Shown piece after piece: positions 30,117 to 40,719 of a stretch of DNA of 64,000 nucleotides. Both the position numbers and the translations under genes were made by a program. Source of the DNA: a bacterium (lineage in GTDB: Bacteria > UBA8248); assembly GCA_965207065.1 (NCBI GenBank), contig OZ242260.1:1920001-1984000 (forward strand), given 5' to 3'. Numbering within the stretch: the stretch's first letter is position 1; every line of letters starts with the position of its first letter. The notes below the pieces were generated by a model, which did no database searches, was not told the DNA's origin, and worked only from the letters and a program-made list of their open reading frames with translations.

Positions 30117-31553
30117 TCAATTCCCTATAGTCAACCCCACGAGTCCATATGTTTGGATTCTGCCAGTGTCGTGGCAATAGTAGGCTTGAAACAATTCGAA
30201 GTCACTCCGGTGGTTCTCATCGCATTTCTTGGAGATTATCTCGATAATTTTCAGCTTTTCGCTATCCGGCGTGCGGATTCCAAAAATAATACCCTTCAAT
30301 AAACTGAAATCGTAAGTCAGGGCACGAGAATTCTTGTCGAGATCACCTGACAAGCCATGTAGTACCAAGCGAGTTTCTTTCTCGTATTTCCAGTCGAGAG
30401 TTTTTATGGATAAAGCCGGGTAAAAACGATCCCAGTAGGCCTGTCTCCAGGCCTCGGTATCGATTCCAAAGTGAGATGCGCATTCACTCAAGTTTCCATC
30501 CTCATCGCTGTACCAGATTTCTATAAGCTTTATCTCAGGAAACATACCAAGGGAGCGAAAAAAATCGATTTCACCGGCTTTCTCTCCATATTTCACGTCG
30601 TGAAATTCCATCCGGCGAGGTCCCCATGTTTTCCCATGATTCGAATAACCCGTAACTTTGTTCAATGTCAGGCTGTTTACTCCATCTTGTGTATCCGATT
30701 CAAAAATCAAGCATACTCCTTTGTGGCCATCGCCATAATTCGCCCACATCGAAGCATTACCATAGTCTCTAGTAAAACAAGCGGCATACCAGCTTGGATA
30801 AAGCACTCGTTCAAGTTGTTGCAAATATGATTTTGGGAAATCAAAAATCAAAAATGTTAGATTACTTTCAAGATTGCTGCCAGGATTTTCCCTGCGCAGA
30901 TATTTATACTTGAGATGTATATCTTGCCACGTGCTTGAACCAATTCTCATCATATAATCAACAAATCCTTCTTCTTCGAATTGTGGCAACAGATCGAGAA
31001 TCTTGTGAAAATGTTCGAAGCTATCTGGGAACTTGCTCCATATCTCGTTACTAGATTCCAATTCGTAATCGACATATGTGTCTTGAATTTCCCTTAATGC
31101 AAGGTGGTGCAATCCCTGAAGATAAAAAAGAATCTCGTCGTGGCGGACTATTCGTTCTGCATTTACGAGTTTTTCAATAAATTTATGCAGTTTCGCTTTG
31201 TCGAATACTCTTCCATAGATATCCTCTATCAATCCACGTAACCGAGGTGCCGGGTCTTGGTCTTGGTCCGACATGACAGGAATGAGCTGAGGCCCAATTC
31301 GTTGACTGTCTCCAAGAAAACGCACAATCACGCACGTCATGTGTAAACAATAAAGGTAGTGGCGAAAAAAATTAGCCCAGACGATGTGATCACCTTTCCA
31401 AAAAATGTCTCGGAATCCTTCCATCGGGTCGTTGAGTTCTTGCGAATTGGCAAAGTAAATTGTCTGTCTCTCAAGCTCTTCGCAATCTGCACATTCTTTG
31501 AGCAATCTTTCTGTAGTCCTGAATCTGTACAATTCCGTCATTGTCAGTCTCAT
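30117..31553 (-). CDS. DUF2971 domain protein
   Basis: ELNDPMEG, MWANYGDGHKGVCLIF, KTLDWKYEKETR; low GC. Confidence 0.85.
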   Translation of the reverse strand: MRLTMTELYRFRTTERLLKECADCEELERQTIYFANSQELNDPMEGFRDIFWKGDHIVWANFFRHYLYCLHMTCVIVRFLGDSQRIGPQLIPVMSDQDQDPAPRLRGLIEDIYGRVFDKAKLHKFIEKLVNAERIVRHDEILFYLQGLHHLALREIQDTYVDYELESSNEIWSKFPDSFEHFHKILDLLPQFEEEGFVDYMMRIGSSTWQDIHLKYKYLRRENPGSNLESNLTFLIFDFPKSYLQQLERVLYPSWYAACFTRDYGNASMWANYGDGHKGVCLIFESDTQDGVNSLTLNKVTGYSNHGKTWGPRRMEFHDVKYGEKAGEIDFFRSLGMFPEIKLIEIWYSDEDGNLSECASHFGIDTEAWRQAYWDRFYPALSIKTLDWKYEKETRLVLHGLSGDLDKNSRALTYDFSLLKGIIFGIRTPDSEKLKIIEIISKKCDENHRSDFELFQAYYCHDTGRIQTYGLVGLTIGN

Positions 31554-31569
31554 CTCCTGTAGTTTCCTG

Positions 31570-31792
31570 CTACTTCCTCCGTCGTTTCCCCTTACCCCTC
31601 ACCCGCACATTAAGCGGGGTGAACATTTTCTCATGCAGGGCGAAGAGGCTCTATACGCGCTCGCGCCCGGAGGCGAAGCCAGTGCGGAGGCAGAGGCGAT
31701 CTACAGCGCGCTCCAGCACCTTATGAGCGCGACGCTGATCGGGCGGTATGAGGTTCAGGTCGTAGAGGTTGGCCAGTGTCGCTTCGGGATGC
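31570..31792 (-). repeat. Decayed copy C of the MmeI-like gene 3' end
   Basis: HPEATLANLYDLNLIPPDQRRAHKVLERAVDRL...GFASGRERV*SLFALHEKMFTPL. Confidence 0.9.
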
Positions 31793-31880
31793 CCCAGACC
31801 GCGATGTCCGGCGAGACCCTGCTCTTGGTCGGACGGTTACTTGGTCCCAAGCGGTACAGAACTAGGGCGATGTAAGCCCT
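31793..31880 (+). pseudogene. Tyrosine integrase C-terminal fragment fused to copy C
   Basis: QTAMSGETLLLVGRLLGPKRYRTRAM*. Confidence 0.7.
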
Positions 31881-31961
31881 ATCATCGTTCGGGATAAGAG
31901 ATACATCGGCCAAAAACGACGAACACTATAGCTATGAGATCGCCATTCTGCTTCGTTTTCC

Positions 31962-33095
31962 TCAAACAGTGTTCCGTTGTCTTCGCCAATCATCAAACTC
32001 TAATAGATTACGAAGAAATAGTTCGTATTGCTCATCCTCGTCCTGGCTCGGCTCAACAGGCCCGAAATCATTTTGCCGGCCAAGAAACTCGTCTAACTCC
32101 TCCTTTGAAACAACCGGAATCTTTACATGGCGTCCCCACTGCGACCGCGCTTCCATGTAACTCTCGCTATTTACCTGAATAGAAAGCGTTGTTGAATGAT
32201 CTTCTTGAACATGAGCGGCATACCACTTCTGTAAGGCGTAACCTATGCTATCCACCTCGTAATAGTAAAAGCGGCCTGCGCCGCGCGCCTTCCACTCCGG
32301 AGCCACCATTGATTTTCTGTCGTCATCAAAACTCACGTATCGTACGCGAGCCAAGCAGGTTTGATGATATCGGATTTCGTAATATCCCGCATGATTATTA
32401 TCTCTGCGAATCTCTCCGCGCGTCCACTCCTCATTACGCGCCATGAACTCTTCCGCCTCAGTAACTGCTAAAGTGAATTCGGGGAATATCTTATGGTGCT
32501 TGAACGGATTTACTCCTACCCTGTTACTCGGCACCCATGAATCAGTTTCGTTTAGGTAGAGCTTAATTCTGTCAAGTGGAGAGATATCCAGTCCGAATCG
32601 CTCCCGCCACATTCGTTCAATTTCATGAGGCTGTGCAGCATCCGTTGCTGGAGTGTTGGTATCGCAGACGCGTGTGTAAATATGATGCGCACAAAGTTTC
32701 TCATACCTTTCGACAAGGTAATATGGTTTGTGTGGTGTATCCTCAATTATCAACACATCCAGCAATGTTCCGTCTATTGTTATTTCCATCAGATGAAAGT
32801 CCGGAAATCTCGACTGAAAAAATTTGCTCGCGTTGTCGCGAAAAAGACCTGCAATATTGGCTTGCGTCCTCCGTCCGGGGTCATTGCTTATCGTGTGTAG
32901 GGAGAAATTCAAATCGTCAACTCCAAAAATCAGGAACCGACTACCTTTGTGTTTGGCATTGGCAAGGCATAGAATATCATGAATTAGATCCGCCTTGTTT
33001 GTGTGATGGCAGCTCTTGAAGTCCCAGTATGTCCCTTCAGAGCGACGAACAATGAGCGCCCTAATGTCTGCTAGTAGAGTATCGTTCCTGGTCAT
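31962..33095 (-). CDS. Schlafen AlbA_2 domain protein
   Basis: EGTYWDFK, DLIHDILCLANA, LIFGVDD, KPYYL, IYTRVCDTNTP. Confidence 0.88.
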   Translation of the reverse strand: MTRNDTLLADIRALIVRRSEGTYWDFKSCHHTNKADLIHDILCLANAKHKGSRFLIFGVDDLNFSLHTISNDPGRRTQANIAGLFRDNASKFFQSRFPDFHLMEITIDGTLLDVLIIEDTPHKPYYLVERYEKLCAHHIYTRVCDTNTPATDAAQPHEIERMWRERFGLDISPLDRIKLYLNETDSWVPSNRVGVNPFKHHKIFPEFTLAVTEAEEFMARNEEWTRGEIRRDNNHAGYYEIRYHQTCLARVRYVSFDDDRKSMVAPEWKARGAGRFYYYEVDSIGYALQKWYAAHVQEDHSTTLSIQVNSESYMEARSQWGRHVKIPVVSKEELDEFLGRQNDFGPVEPSQDEDEQYELFLRNLLEFDDWRRQRNTV

Positions 33096-33343
33096 ATGCC
33101 TCTCTTCCGAGTTTGTGAATTTCTTCTTGTCCTCCGTCTTAGTTTTTTCTTCACCCTCGCTTCAAACGGTGTGCGCATTTTCTCGTATAGGGCGTTGATG
33201 TGCTCAACGCGCTTGCGCTCAGAGGCGATGCCGCTTCGGCGATAGAGTTTGTCCACGGTGCGGTCAAGAGTATGATGGGCCCGGCGCAGATCGGGTGGCA
33301 TGCAGTACAGCTCGTAGAGGCGGTCAAAGTTGCGTCTGGGTGC
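33092..33343 (-). repeat. Decayed copy B of the MmeI-like gene 3' end
   Basis: MPPDLRRAHHTLDRTVDKLYRRSGIASERKRVEHINALYEKMRTPF; its stop overlaps the AlbA_2 start (ATGA). Confidence 0.92.
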
Positions 33344-33480
33344 GCCAGACCGTGATGTCAGGTGAAAACCTGCCCTTGTTTGGAAGGTTACTCGGAGATA
33401 AGCGGCATAGAACCACGGCGGGGTATGTCCAACTCGTCGACTCGCACCTTGCCGAAACCGCAGAGAAGGTGCGGGCGTTA
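33344..33480 (+). pseudogene. Tyrosine integrase C-terminal fragment fused to copy B
   Basis: QTVMSGENLPLFGRLLGDKRHRTTAGYVQLVDSHLAETAEKV covers the catalytic Tyr region. Confidence 0.8.
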
Positions 33481-34335
33481 TCAACGAGACGATAAATTCT
33501 GAGCGGAATATTCCCCAATTGTCGCTCGCAAAGCACTCATAAACTCGCTGGCAACATTACAGTGATTTATGAGAGAAAAATCTTTCGACCTATTAGCTGG
33601 CAAATTAGCCAAAGTCCATTTTCTCAACAAACCTGAGCCGTGCGCTTCCGGTGTCCTAATGTCATCCACCATCCCGATCACATCACCCATTATTTTCAAA
33701 AATGGGTCTGGAAACGGGATAATTAAATTGCGATTGTCAATTTCTTTAGCCGCTTCCCTTTTTTCTGAATGGATAAGCCAAGTCCTAACGATATTCGTTA
33801 GACACTTTCGGAAATGCAACGAAATTTCAGGCCAGTCTCGGGCGTGCTTGAAAAAGTAAGACTTTCTGCTTTTTGCCTTGACAAATTTCTCATACCTTCG
33901 ACATTCGTAAAGCAGAAATAATACTCCCATGTATTTATCCCAAAATGCACGAATTCGGAACGACAAAGCCGATAAAGCATATAGAATATCCGTTTTCCCA
34001 GAGAATAGCTCGAAATCTTGGAGCACTGCCCCTGACGCAATCCGTCCTCTACTGTGCAGTTGATTATATATGCCGCCAGCTAAATTCACATCTTTCATCA
34101 TGAACAGGTAGGTCAACTCAAGATCGACACAGGCATTCAACAGCTTGCCGTTGATGCGATCATCGTCGCAGTGTATGCGGGAGTACTTGTAGACGTTGCG
34201 AATGTCGTCGCATAGGTTATATCCAGTAATAGTCGCCCCTCCGTATCGGCTAATACATGTCGCAAAGTCTTCTGCATCTTGAAGAGAAGTAATACGGAAT
34301 GGTTCTGGCTCTTGAAACACACCTTCTCCGATCAT
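33481..34335 (-). CDS. Hypothetical protein, possibly HEPN-like
   Basis: Low GC; RTPEAH fits RxxxxH; helical composition. Confidence 0.65.
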   Translation of the reverse strand: MIGEGVFQEPEPFRITSLQDAEDFATCISRYGGATITGYNLCDDIRNVYKYSRIHCDDDRINGKLLNACVDLELTYLFMMKDVNLAGGIYNQLHSRGRIASGAVLQDFELFSGKTDILYALSALSFRIRAFWDKYMGVLFLLYECRRYEKFVKAKSRKSYFFKHARDWPEISLHFRKCLTNIVRTWLIHSEKREAAKEIDNRNLIIPFPDPFLKIMGDVIGMVDDIRTPEAHGSGLLRKWTLANLPANRSKDFSLINHCNVASEFMSALRATIGEYSAQNLSSR

Positions 34336-34369
34336 GAGCGTATCGTCCTAGAAGTTGGCTTGCTTCTAG

Positions 34370-34540
34370 TCAGACGTACCGCTTTTTCCTCACTCCGGTT
34401 CCCAGCGACGTGTACATCTTCTCATAGGACGCGAACAAATGCTCCACGCGCTCGCGTTGGGAGGCTATACCGCCCTAGAAGTAAAGCGCGTCCACGGCGC
34501 GATCGAGGAACTTGTGGGCTGTGAGCTTTTCAGCCGGAGG
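34370..34540 (-). repeat. Decayed copy A of the MmeI-like gene 3' end
   Basis: AHKFLDRAVDALYF*GGIASQRERVEHLFASYEKMYTSL. Confidence 0.88.
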
Positions 34541-34544
34541 CGAT

Positions 34545-35574
34545 CTATGCAACTCTGAACAGCTTATAAATTTCCTGCCTCAATTTATCATCGCAATCAA
34601 ATTCCACCGACTTCAAAGATATCATGTAATCTACCTGTTCTTTGCTGCGAAACGGTTTGCGGCGTATTTCACGGACTTCTTCGGCGCTAAAGTACCGATG
34701 GAGGTAATCATACGGATTTTTCCCCTGCCCTATTTGCTTAACAAGAAAGTTGACCCATTGCGCAGTACCCGTGCGTCTCTTCAAATCTTCGATTTCAAAA
34801 AAATCTCTCTCCGCGGCTGTTACGTTTCGGGCAAATAGGTTCTCGATTTTTTCATATAAATCTTTCAAAACTTTGAAATGTTCCCCCTACAACTATAGGC
34901 AAATCTATACTTTCCCCCATCGAACGCTCGATATAAGCCTTCGATACGCTATTCCATCTCCCAAATTTCAGGTTTTCTTTGCCAATCTTCAAAGTGCCAG
35001 CCGTCATCCCGCCTCTCCATGATATTTGCCATTCCGGAACGAAGACAACCCCATGAGATAAATTATTTCTCAACTCCCTTATGAATACGGCAACATCACA
35101 ACCAAAACTTTCTGTTTTGATTTCCTCAATGCTGGCTCTCACATCATCAGGGCACTCTCGCTGAATATTATCAAGAGTCTGTTGCAGGCCAACCACCAAA
35201 GCGCAATACGCCATCATGTCCTTTTGCGCTGCGTGCCCAACGACATGGGCTACATGCGTTTCGAAATTAGTGTCCTTCGAAAAGGCTCCAAGGGCCGCAG
35301 CATGACGGGAAATATCAATATATGCTTGGTGAGCTTCCGAGTATTGCGCTTTCAAACCTTCCTTCAATCTATTCTTTTTCCAGTAGATATGATGGCGGAT
35401 CACGCTCGTTCGCTCTGGACCTATACGCTGGTTTATGGTGTTCCGAATTTCGTCACAGGTTGGGATATCGCCACGTTTCAGATATGAAATAACTTTGCGA
35501 TTTTCAACATCTTTTCGTTGGCGTTCCATCTCTGAAGATCTCTTGAAAAGCTCCCAATTATCCGGTTCTTTCAT
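34545..35574 (-). pseudogene. HEPN-like protein, probably frameshifted (ORFs 34852-35574 and 34545-34868)
   Basis: ELRNNLSHG fits RxxxxH; two overlapping same-strand ORFs; low GC. Confidence 0.55.
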
Positions 35575-35618
35575 TATTACCTCACAATATCGTCGTCATG
35601 GATAATCAAGTTTTATTA

Positions 35619-38405
35619 TCACCCCCGCCTCCGCCGTCTCGGTTTTTTCTTCGCCCTCACTTCCAGCGGCGTGCGCATTTTCTCGTACAGGGCGAAGAGG
35701 TGCTCCACGCGCTCGCGTTCGGAGGCGAATCCGCCCCGGCGGTAGAGACGATCCACGGCGCGGTCGAGTGCCTGGTGGGCCCGGCGCAGATTGGGCGGCA
35801 TGAAGTCGGGGTCGTAGAGGTCGGCCAGCGTCGCTTCGGGGTGCGTCGCGCGCGCGTCCAGAACGGCCTGCGCGAGTGGATCCAGCTTCGAGAGGTCGGC
35901 GTCTCCTGGCGGCGTGGGGAAGGTGTTGTAGATGACACCGATTCCGTACTGGAAATCGCTCTTTAACCGCCCCCCAATGTGTCTGACCCATGCCATGTGC
36001 ATTGCAGAGGTCAGGAGTGCGAACTCCTGTAAATCAGCATTTGGTAAGACTCTTACTTTGTTGCTTGGAATCACAGGCGGTTCAAGCCAAGCAATAGGTA
36101 TATAATCTCTTCTTTCGGAGCTTACTTCGGGGATAACGAGAAACGGCGCAGTTGGGATAACCTCAACATTGTACCGCGCCGGGTAGTCAGCAACCTTAAG
36201 TGTGCTCTTCCGTTTGCTCTTCGCCCTGAAACTTTTGACAGCGCGCATTCGTTCTACAACTTTTGGCATGGCCTTGAGATCCGCTGGGCCGGCTTCTTGA
36301 AGAGCAAGAATCCAGCGTTCACCGCCTTGCAGATATTCGCGCGCGCCGACATACGGATGCATGAACTTATCTGCAGCCAGTTCTTCCGCGAGTAAGGCCG
36401 CGCGTTGGTCAGCACTGAAAATGTAATTCCCGTTGTCGATAGGTTGTGAGCCGCTCAATAGTGGAAGTAGGCCGTTAATTGGCCGACTCTCCTCCCGCAC
36501 CGTCAGATGCGGATCGGCGAGGCCGCCCGCGTCGAACAGGTAAGGCGAGAGGGCGGTGTGGCGGCTTTCCTCCGGTTCGCCGTTTATATCGGGATAGCTG
36601 AACAGGCGTTTTTCCGCCCGCGCCGCCTCCCGGGGGTCCAGGCCGATAATAACAACGTGCACGTGCGCCTTCCCGCGCGCGTCCGACCCCCATGCGAAGG
36701 TGCGGTGGGCGAAGGCAATCTCCAGCCTGCACCGCTCGAAGAGCAGAGGCCAAAGCTGCGCCGCCTGCTCACCCTGCGTAATCGAGTTGGTGGCGACGAA
36801 GCCGACCCGCGTCGCGCTCTTTTGGAGATACTCCCCCGCCCGGATGAACCACGCGGTCACGTAGTCGAGCGTTCCGCCGCTCTTGCCGAGATCGGCGATG
36901 CGGCGCACCTGCAAGCGCTGCTCGGCCGTCTGGAACTTGGCGCCCACGAATGGCGGATTGCCGAAAACATAGGAGCAATCCTCGGGCGGTAGAAGCGCCG
37001 CCCAGTCGGTCTCCAGCGCGTCGGCGCACAATATGTGCGGGGAAGTCGTAATGGGAATGCGGGTGTAGGTCTGGCCGAACTCCAGGCTCAGGCGGTTGTT
37101 CATGATGTGGTCCATCATCCAGAGCGCCGTCTCGGCGATGCGCGCCGGAAACTCGCCGAGTTCGATGCCGTAGAACTGATCCACGGTGATTTTCGAAAGC
37201 TCGGCCACGTCGAGTTCTTGCTGCGCCTCGTCGGCGCGCAGTTCGCGGATGACCTCCATCTCCAGTTCGCGCAACTCGCGATACGCGATGATGAGGAAGT
37301 TCCCGCATCCACAGGCCGGGTCGAAGAAATTCATCTCGCCGAGACGTCGCTGGAACGCTTCGAGTTCGGCGCGGCGGCGGCTGTCCCGGCGGGCTTTGAG
37401 CCGCCCAAACTCCTCGCGCAGATCGTCCAGGAAAAGCGGCTCGATGACTTTCAGGATGTTCTTCTCGGTGGTGTAGTGCGCCCCCTGCGCGCGGCGCTCT
37501 GCGGGATTCATGACCGATTGGAACAGCGCGCCGAAGATGGCGGGCGAGATGTTCGACCAGTCGAAGCGGCAGCATTCGAGCAGGGCGTTCCGCATGGCGG
37601 CGTTGAAGGAGGGAATGCGCAGGGAATCCTTGAACAAATCGCCGTTCACGTAAGGGAAGCGGGCGAGGTCCACATCCAGCGTGCTCTGGCGGCCGTTCTC
37701 CGGCGTGTCCAGCGCCTGAAACAGTTCGGCCAGCTTCGCCCCGGAGTCCGAGCCGTCCTCGCTCGTGCGCTCTTCGATGAAATCATAGAAAATATCGCGC
37801 GGCTCGAAGATGCCCGTGTCGTCCGCGAAGAGGCAGAAGACGACGCGCACCAGAAAGCGCTCGAGATCGTGCCCCTCGTAGCCCGCCTCCGCTAGGGCGT
37901 CGTGCAGGTTGCCCGCGAGTTCGGCGGCCTTGATGTTGGCGGGGTCCTGATCGCGGAACTCGCGGCGTTGCACGCCGAGAATGAAACCGAATTTCTCGAT
38001 ATTGGCGGGCAAATCGGCGAGGGTGAAGGAGGTGTGCGTATCCTCGTCCAGATTGCGTAGTTCAAATGTCTGGAAATCGCTCACGAGGATGTGTCCGGGC
38101 CGTTCTCTTTCGGGGAGGGCGTCGAAGTATTCCCCCGCCTGCCCGTAGGCTCGCTCCAGATCGCGGCCCTCGCTTTTCTGTTCGACCAGCAGGACGCGCG
38201 GCCAGAAGAGATCGATGTAGCCATGGCGGTTGTCGAGCAGTTCCACGCGCTCTTCATAGCGGGCGACGGAGCGGCGCTGGACGCCGAAGATATGGAAGAA
38301 ATCGTTATAATAACTCTGCGTCTCGCCCTTCTCGTACGCGGCGCCCGCCCAAGCGCGGGCGAAACTCGCCGCGCGCACGCGTATCTCGTTCCAGGATAGG
38401 CGCAA
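35619..38405 (-). CDS. MmeI-family type IIL restriction-modification enzyme (fused REase-N6A MTase-TRD)
   Basis: YIDLFWPRVLLVEQKS nuclease motif, GAHYT, FFDPACGCGNF (motif I), GNPPF (motif IV), TLADLYDPDFMP C-terminus; 928 aa. Confidence 0.93.
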   Translation of the reverse strand: MRLSWNEIRVRAASFARAWAGAAYEKGETQSYYNDFFHIFGVQRRSVARYEERVELLDNRHGYIDLFWPRVLLVEQKSEGRDLERAYGQAGEYFDALPERERPGHILVSDFQTFELRNLDEDTHTSFTLADLPANIEKFGFILGVQRREFRDQDPANIKAAELAGNLHDALAEAGYEGHDLERFLVRVVFCLFADDTGIFEPRDIFYDFIEERTSEDGSDSGAKLAELFQALDTPENGRQSTLDVDLARFPYVNGDLFKDSLRIPSFNAAMRNALLECCRFDWSNISPAIFGALFQSVMNPAERRAQGAHYTTEKNILKVIEPLFLDDLREEFGRLKARRDSRRRAELEAFQRRLGEMNFFDPACGCGNFLIIAYRELRELEMEVIRELRADEAQQELDVAELSKITVDQFYGIELGEFPARIAETALWMMDHIMNNRLSLEFGQTYTRIPITTSPHILCADALETDWAALLPPEDCSYVFGNPPFVGAKFQTAEQRLQVRRIADLGKSGGTLDYVTAWFIRAGEYLQKSATRVGFVATNSITQGEQAAQLWPLLFERCRLEIAFAHRTFAWGSDARGKAHVHVVIIGLDPREAARAEKRLFSYPDINGEPEESRHTALSPYLFDAGGLADPHLTVREESRPINGLLPLLSGSQPIDNGNYIFSADQRAALLAEELAADKFMHPYVGAREYLQGGERWILALQEAGPADLKAMPKVVERMRAVKSFRAKSKRKSTLKVADYPARYNVEVIPTAPFLVIPEVSSERRDYIPIAWLEPPVIPSNKVRVLPNADLQEFALLTSAMHMAWVRHIGGRLKSDFQYGIGVIYNTFPTPPGDADLSKLDPLAQAVLDARATHPEATLADLYDPDFMPPNLRRAHQALDRAVDRLYRRGGFASERERVEHLFALYEKMRTPLEVRAKKKPRRRRRG

Positions 38406-39244
38406 TTGCGGACTCAGGCGGTGCCGCGCCGGGCGGTAGTAGGGGGCAAATTAAGGAGCAATACTTGTCTCGTGATGTTCATAGTGTAGGAATATCGCAC
38501 ATTTCGGAGCGTGACTCCTAGCCGGTAAAGGTTGCGTTCCGATTTCAATCACGGATCGTAAGTATAGGGCTCGCGTCTGCTTGGAAGATAAGTTATCGAT
38601 ATTTCTCCCGCCATTCCCGTTATTTATGCTTTCCGACAAACGGTTCGGATCCAGGCGCATGAGTAGGGGCATGCCGGCTTTTGCCTGAAAATTACCGCTC
38701 CATTTTCGGTATTATACATGATCGCACAGATGGAACAGGGGATAACATTCATGTGCCCTGGCATACGGATGGCTTACTTGCCAGAGTTCAAGAAAGGTCT
38801 CCCCATCATTAAAGGAGCTTGGGGCCGTATAGCTTCACCCAGGTGCGGAGTGCCAGTAGTCGATGTAGTAGTTTTGCCCCTTTTCCGTGTACGTGTTAGG
38901 CAGCGCGACGGAAGAGTTCTCCATGACGCGTCTACGCGCCGCCGAATTTGCGGCCTGACTCTTGGCCTCTACGCTACAACTCGCCGGTACCTACGGGTGG
39001 CGGTCTCAACTGTGACGGCTGCCACCGGGAAACGACGACTGGCGGGTATCACTGTCACCGCGGCGGGAAGAGCGACAACGGGAAGACGTAGGGGCAGTGG
39101 ACTACTTGGTCGTAAGGTCACGTTTGTATGGGCTATTCTGGGGGGCACCGCGCAGCTACCGGCAGTTCGAACTCCCAGAAAGGGGCTACGGTTCACGCCG
39201 GTCCAGCAGGATCGCGAGGGCGCGTTTGTTGAGTGGAGGTGGTG

Positions 39245-39907
39245 ATGCTGCCCTACTATCTTGTCAAACTCTTCACCCACGAGGAGCATGCCGCGGCTTT
39301 CAGTTGCGGAGAGATTTACGCCCGAAAGCTGCGGTGTTTTCGCAAGGAGGAGTCTGAGGGTCGAGGGGACTAGGCTGAAGGCACGATAGTCAACCTCCAT
39401 CTGAAAGATCAGAAACTCACCCTTACCGCTATAACCCCAGAGGGTCGGAAAACGATAGATATAACCGACAAAGATATTGCGGCTCCTGTGACGATGGGAA
39501 GCGACGCTATTCTGGACCTTCATGTGTTCTGTATGGTCGGCCTTTATGGAAGCTCAGGATCAGAGAACACCCACCAAATCAATTTGCCTGAAAGGTGCTT
39601 CCGCGAATTTGGAAAGTACGCCGTAGTCATCCTTGGCGACCACGTTAAGGAGTTTATCAACAGGGTTCAGGTCGCCGCGAAGAGAGAGGGATACCAAGTC
39701 TCGTGTAACCGTGTGACGTACTACGATCCCACTAGTTTCGACGGGCTGATTCCGGAGGATCGGGCCCCTTTCAGCAAGTAAAAAAAGTTCGAGTATCAAC
39801 AGGAATTTCGGCTCGTATTCGATACGAAAAAACCGGGGACGCTCAAATTGAATGTCGGGGAACTAAGCGACATTTCGGGGGCGGCGAAAGTCGTGCTCAC
39901 CCGTTGA
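39245..39907 (+). pseudogene. Hypothetical-protein pseudogene with two in-frame stops
   Basis: One frame from ATG 39245 with TAG at 39371 and TAA at 39779; continues KKFEYQQEFRLVF, similar to DUF2971-type C-termini. Confidence 0.65.
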
Positions 39908-40719
39908 AAAAGAAGTCGCCAAGGCCTTTACGGAAATCTGCCAGCGTTCGCCGGGCACTCCACGGAGCTTCGTCTTGTACGAATAACACGTCTCGTCCCA
40001 CTCCACCGCCACCGCGCTCTGTGTGTCATCCTTGAGAGTGACCACGATGGACGCCAGCTTTTATGGGAACAGAACGACCTCGCGGGTCAGTCCGAAATTC
40101 GTTACGGTTCCGACTAACCCTGGAATTTACCCGACAGCGCGCCCTCTTGTTTCCTGAAGTGGGACACGTAGTCGTCGCGCTTTCTCGAGTCGACCTTGTT
40201 GATCTCGACGATGTCGCGCTACGCGATTTCGGCAAGGGCTACGAAGGTTAGGTCGTTGTTGCAGTCGGCGCGCTGCAACCCAATTGCGCGAGGTGTGAAA
40301 AATCATCGAGAGAATCTTCGCTCAATTACCGTGCACCCGCCAAGTGTCAATGGACCCGGTCTATCGCGTACAGGCAGCCTACCGCCCCCGGCCTGATAAT
40401 TCCAGGATTCCCTGTAATTTGGGCTGGAGTACTAGCGGGACTCGCGCTAACATTTTATCGTATTTCAGAAACCAGGGAACTTGGCCTTGACCTTTTTGAG
40501 CAGTTAATGGACATGAATTCATACGGATTGGATGAACACCTTTCGATGATTGACAGACCGGCATTTCAATCGTGAGAAAACACTCACCGAGACAGAATAA
40601 GTTAAGAAAGGAGAGAGAAAATCAACTTCCAGAAACTGTTTCAGGCTCGCCGTAGACAGACCTGACCGCGCCGAGTCCTCATCAGACACGGTGAAGAGCT
40701 TACGGAGGGTTTTTGGTCA

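Noticed and set aside
39245-39907. Stop-codon readthrough or recoding
   Set aside because: The stops are mixed TAG and TAA in a decaying region, so a pseudogene is simpler. The same applies to the IS1380 TAG at 21153.
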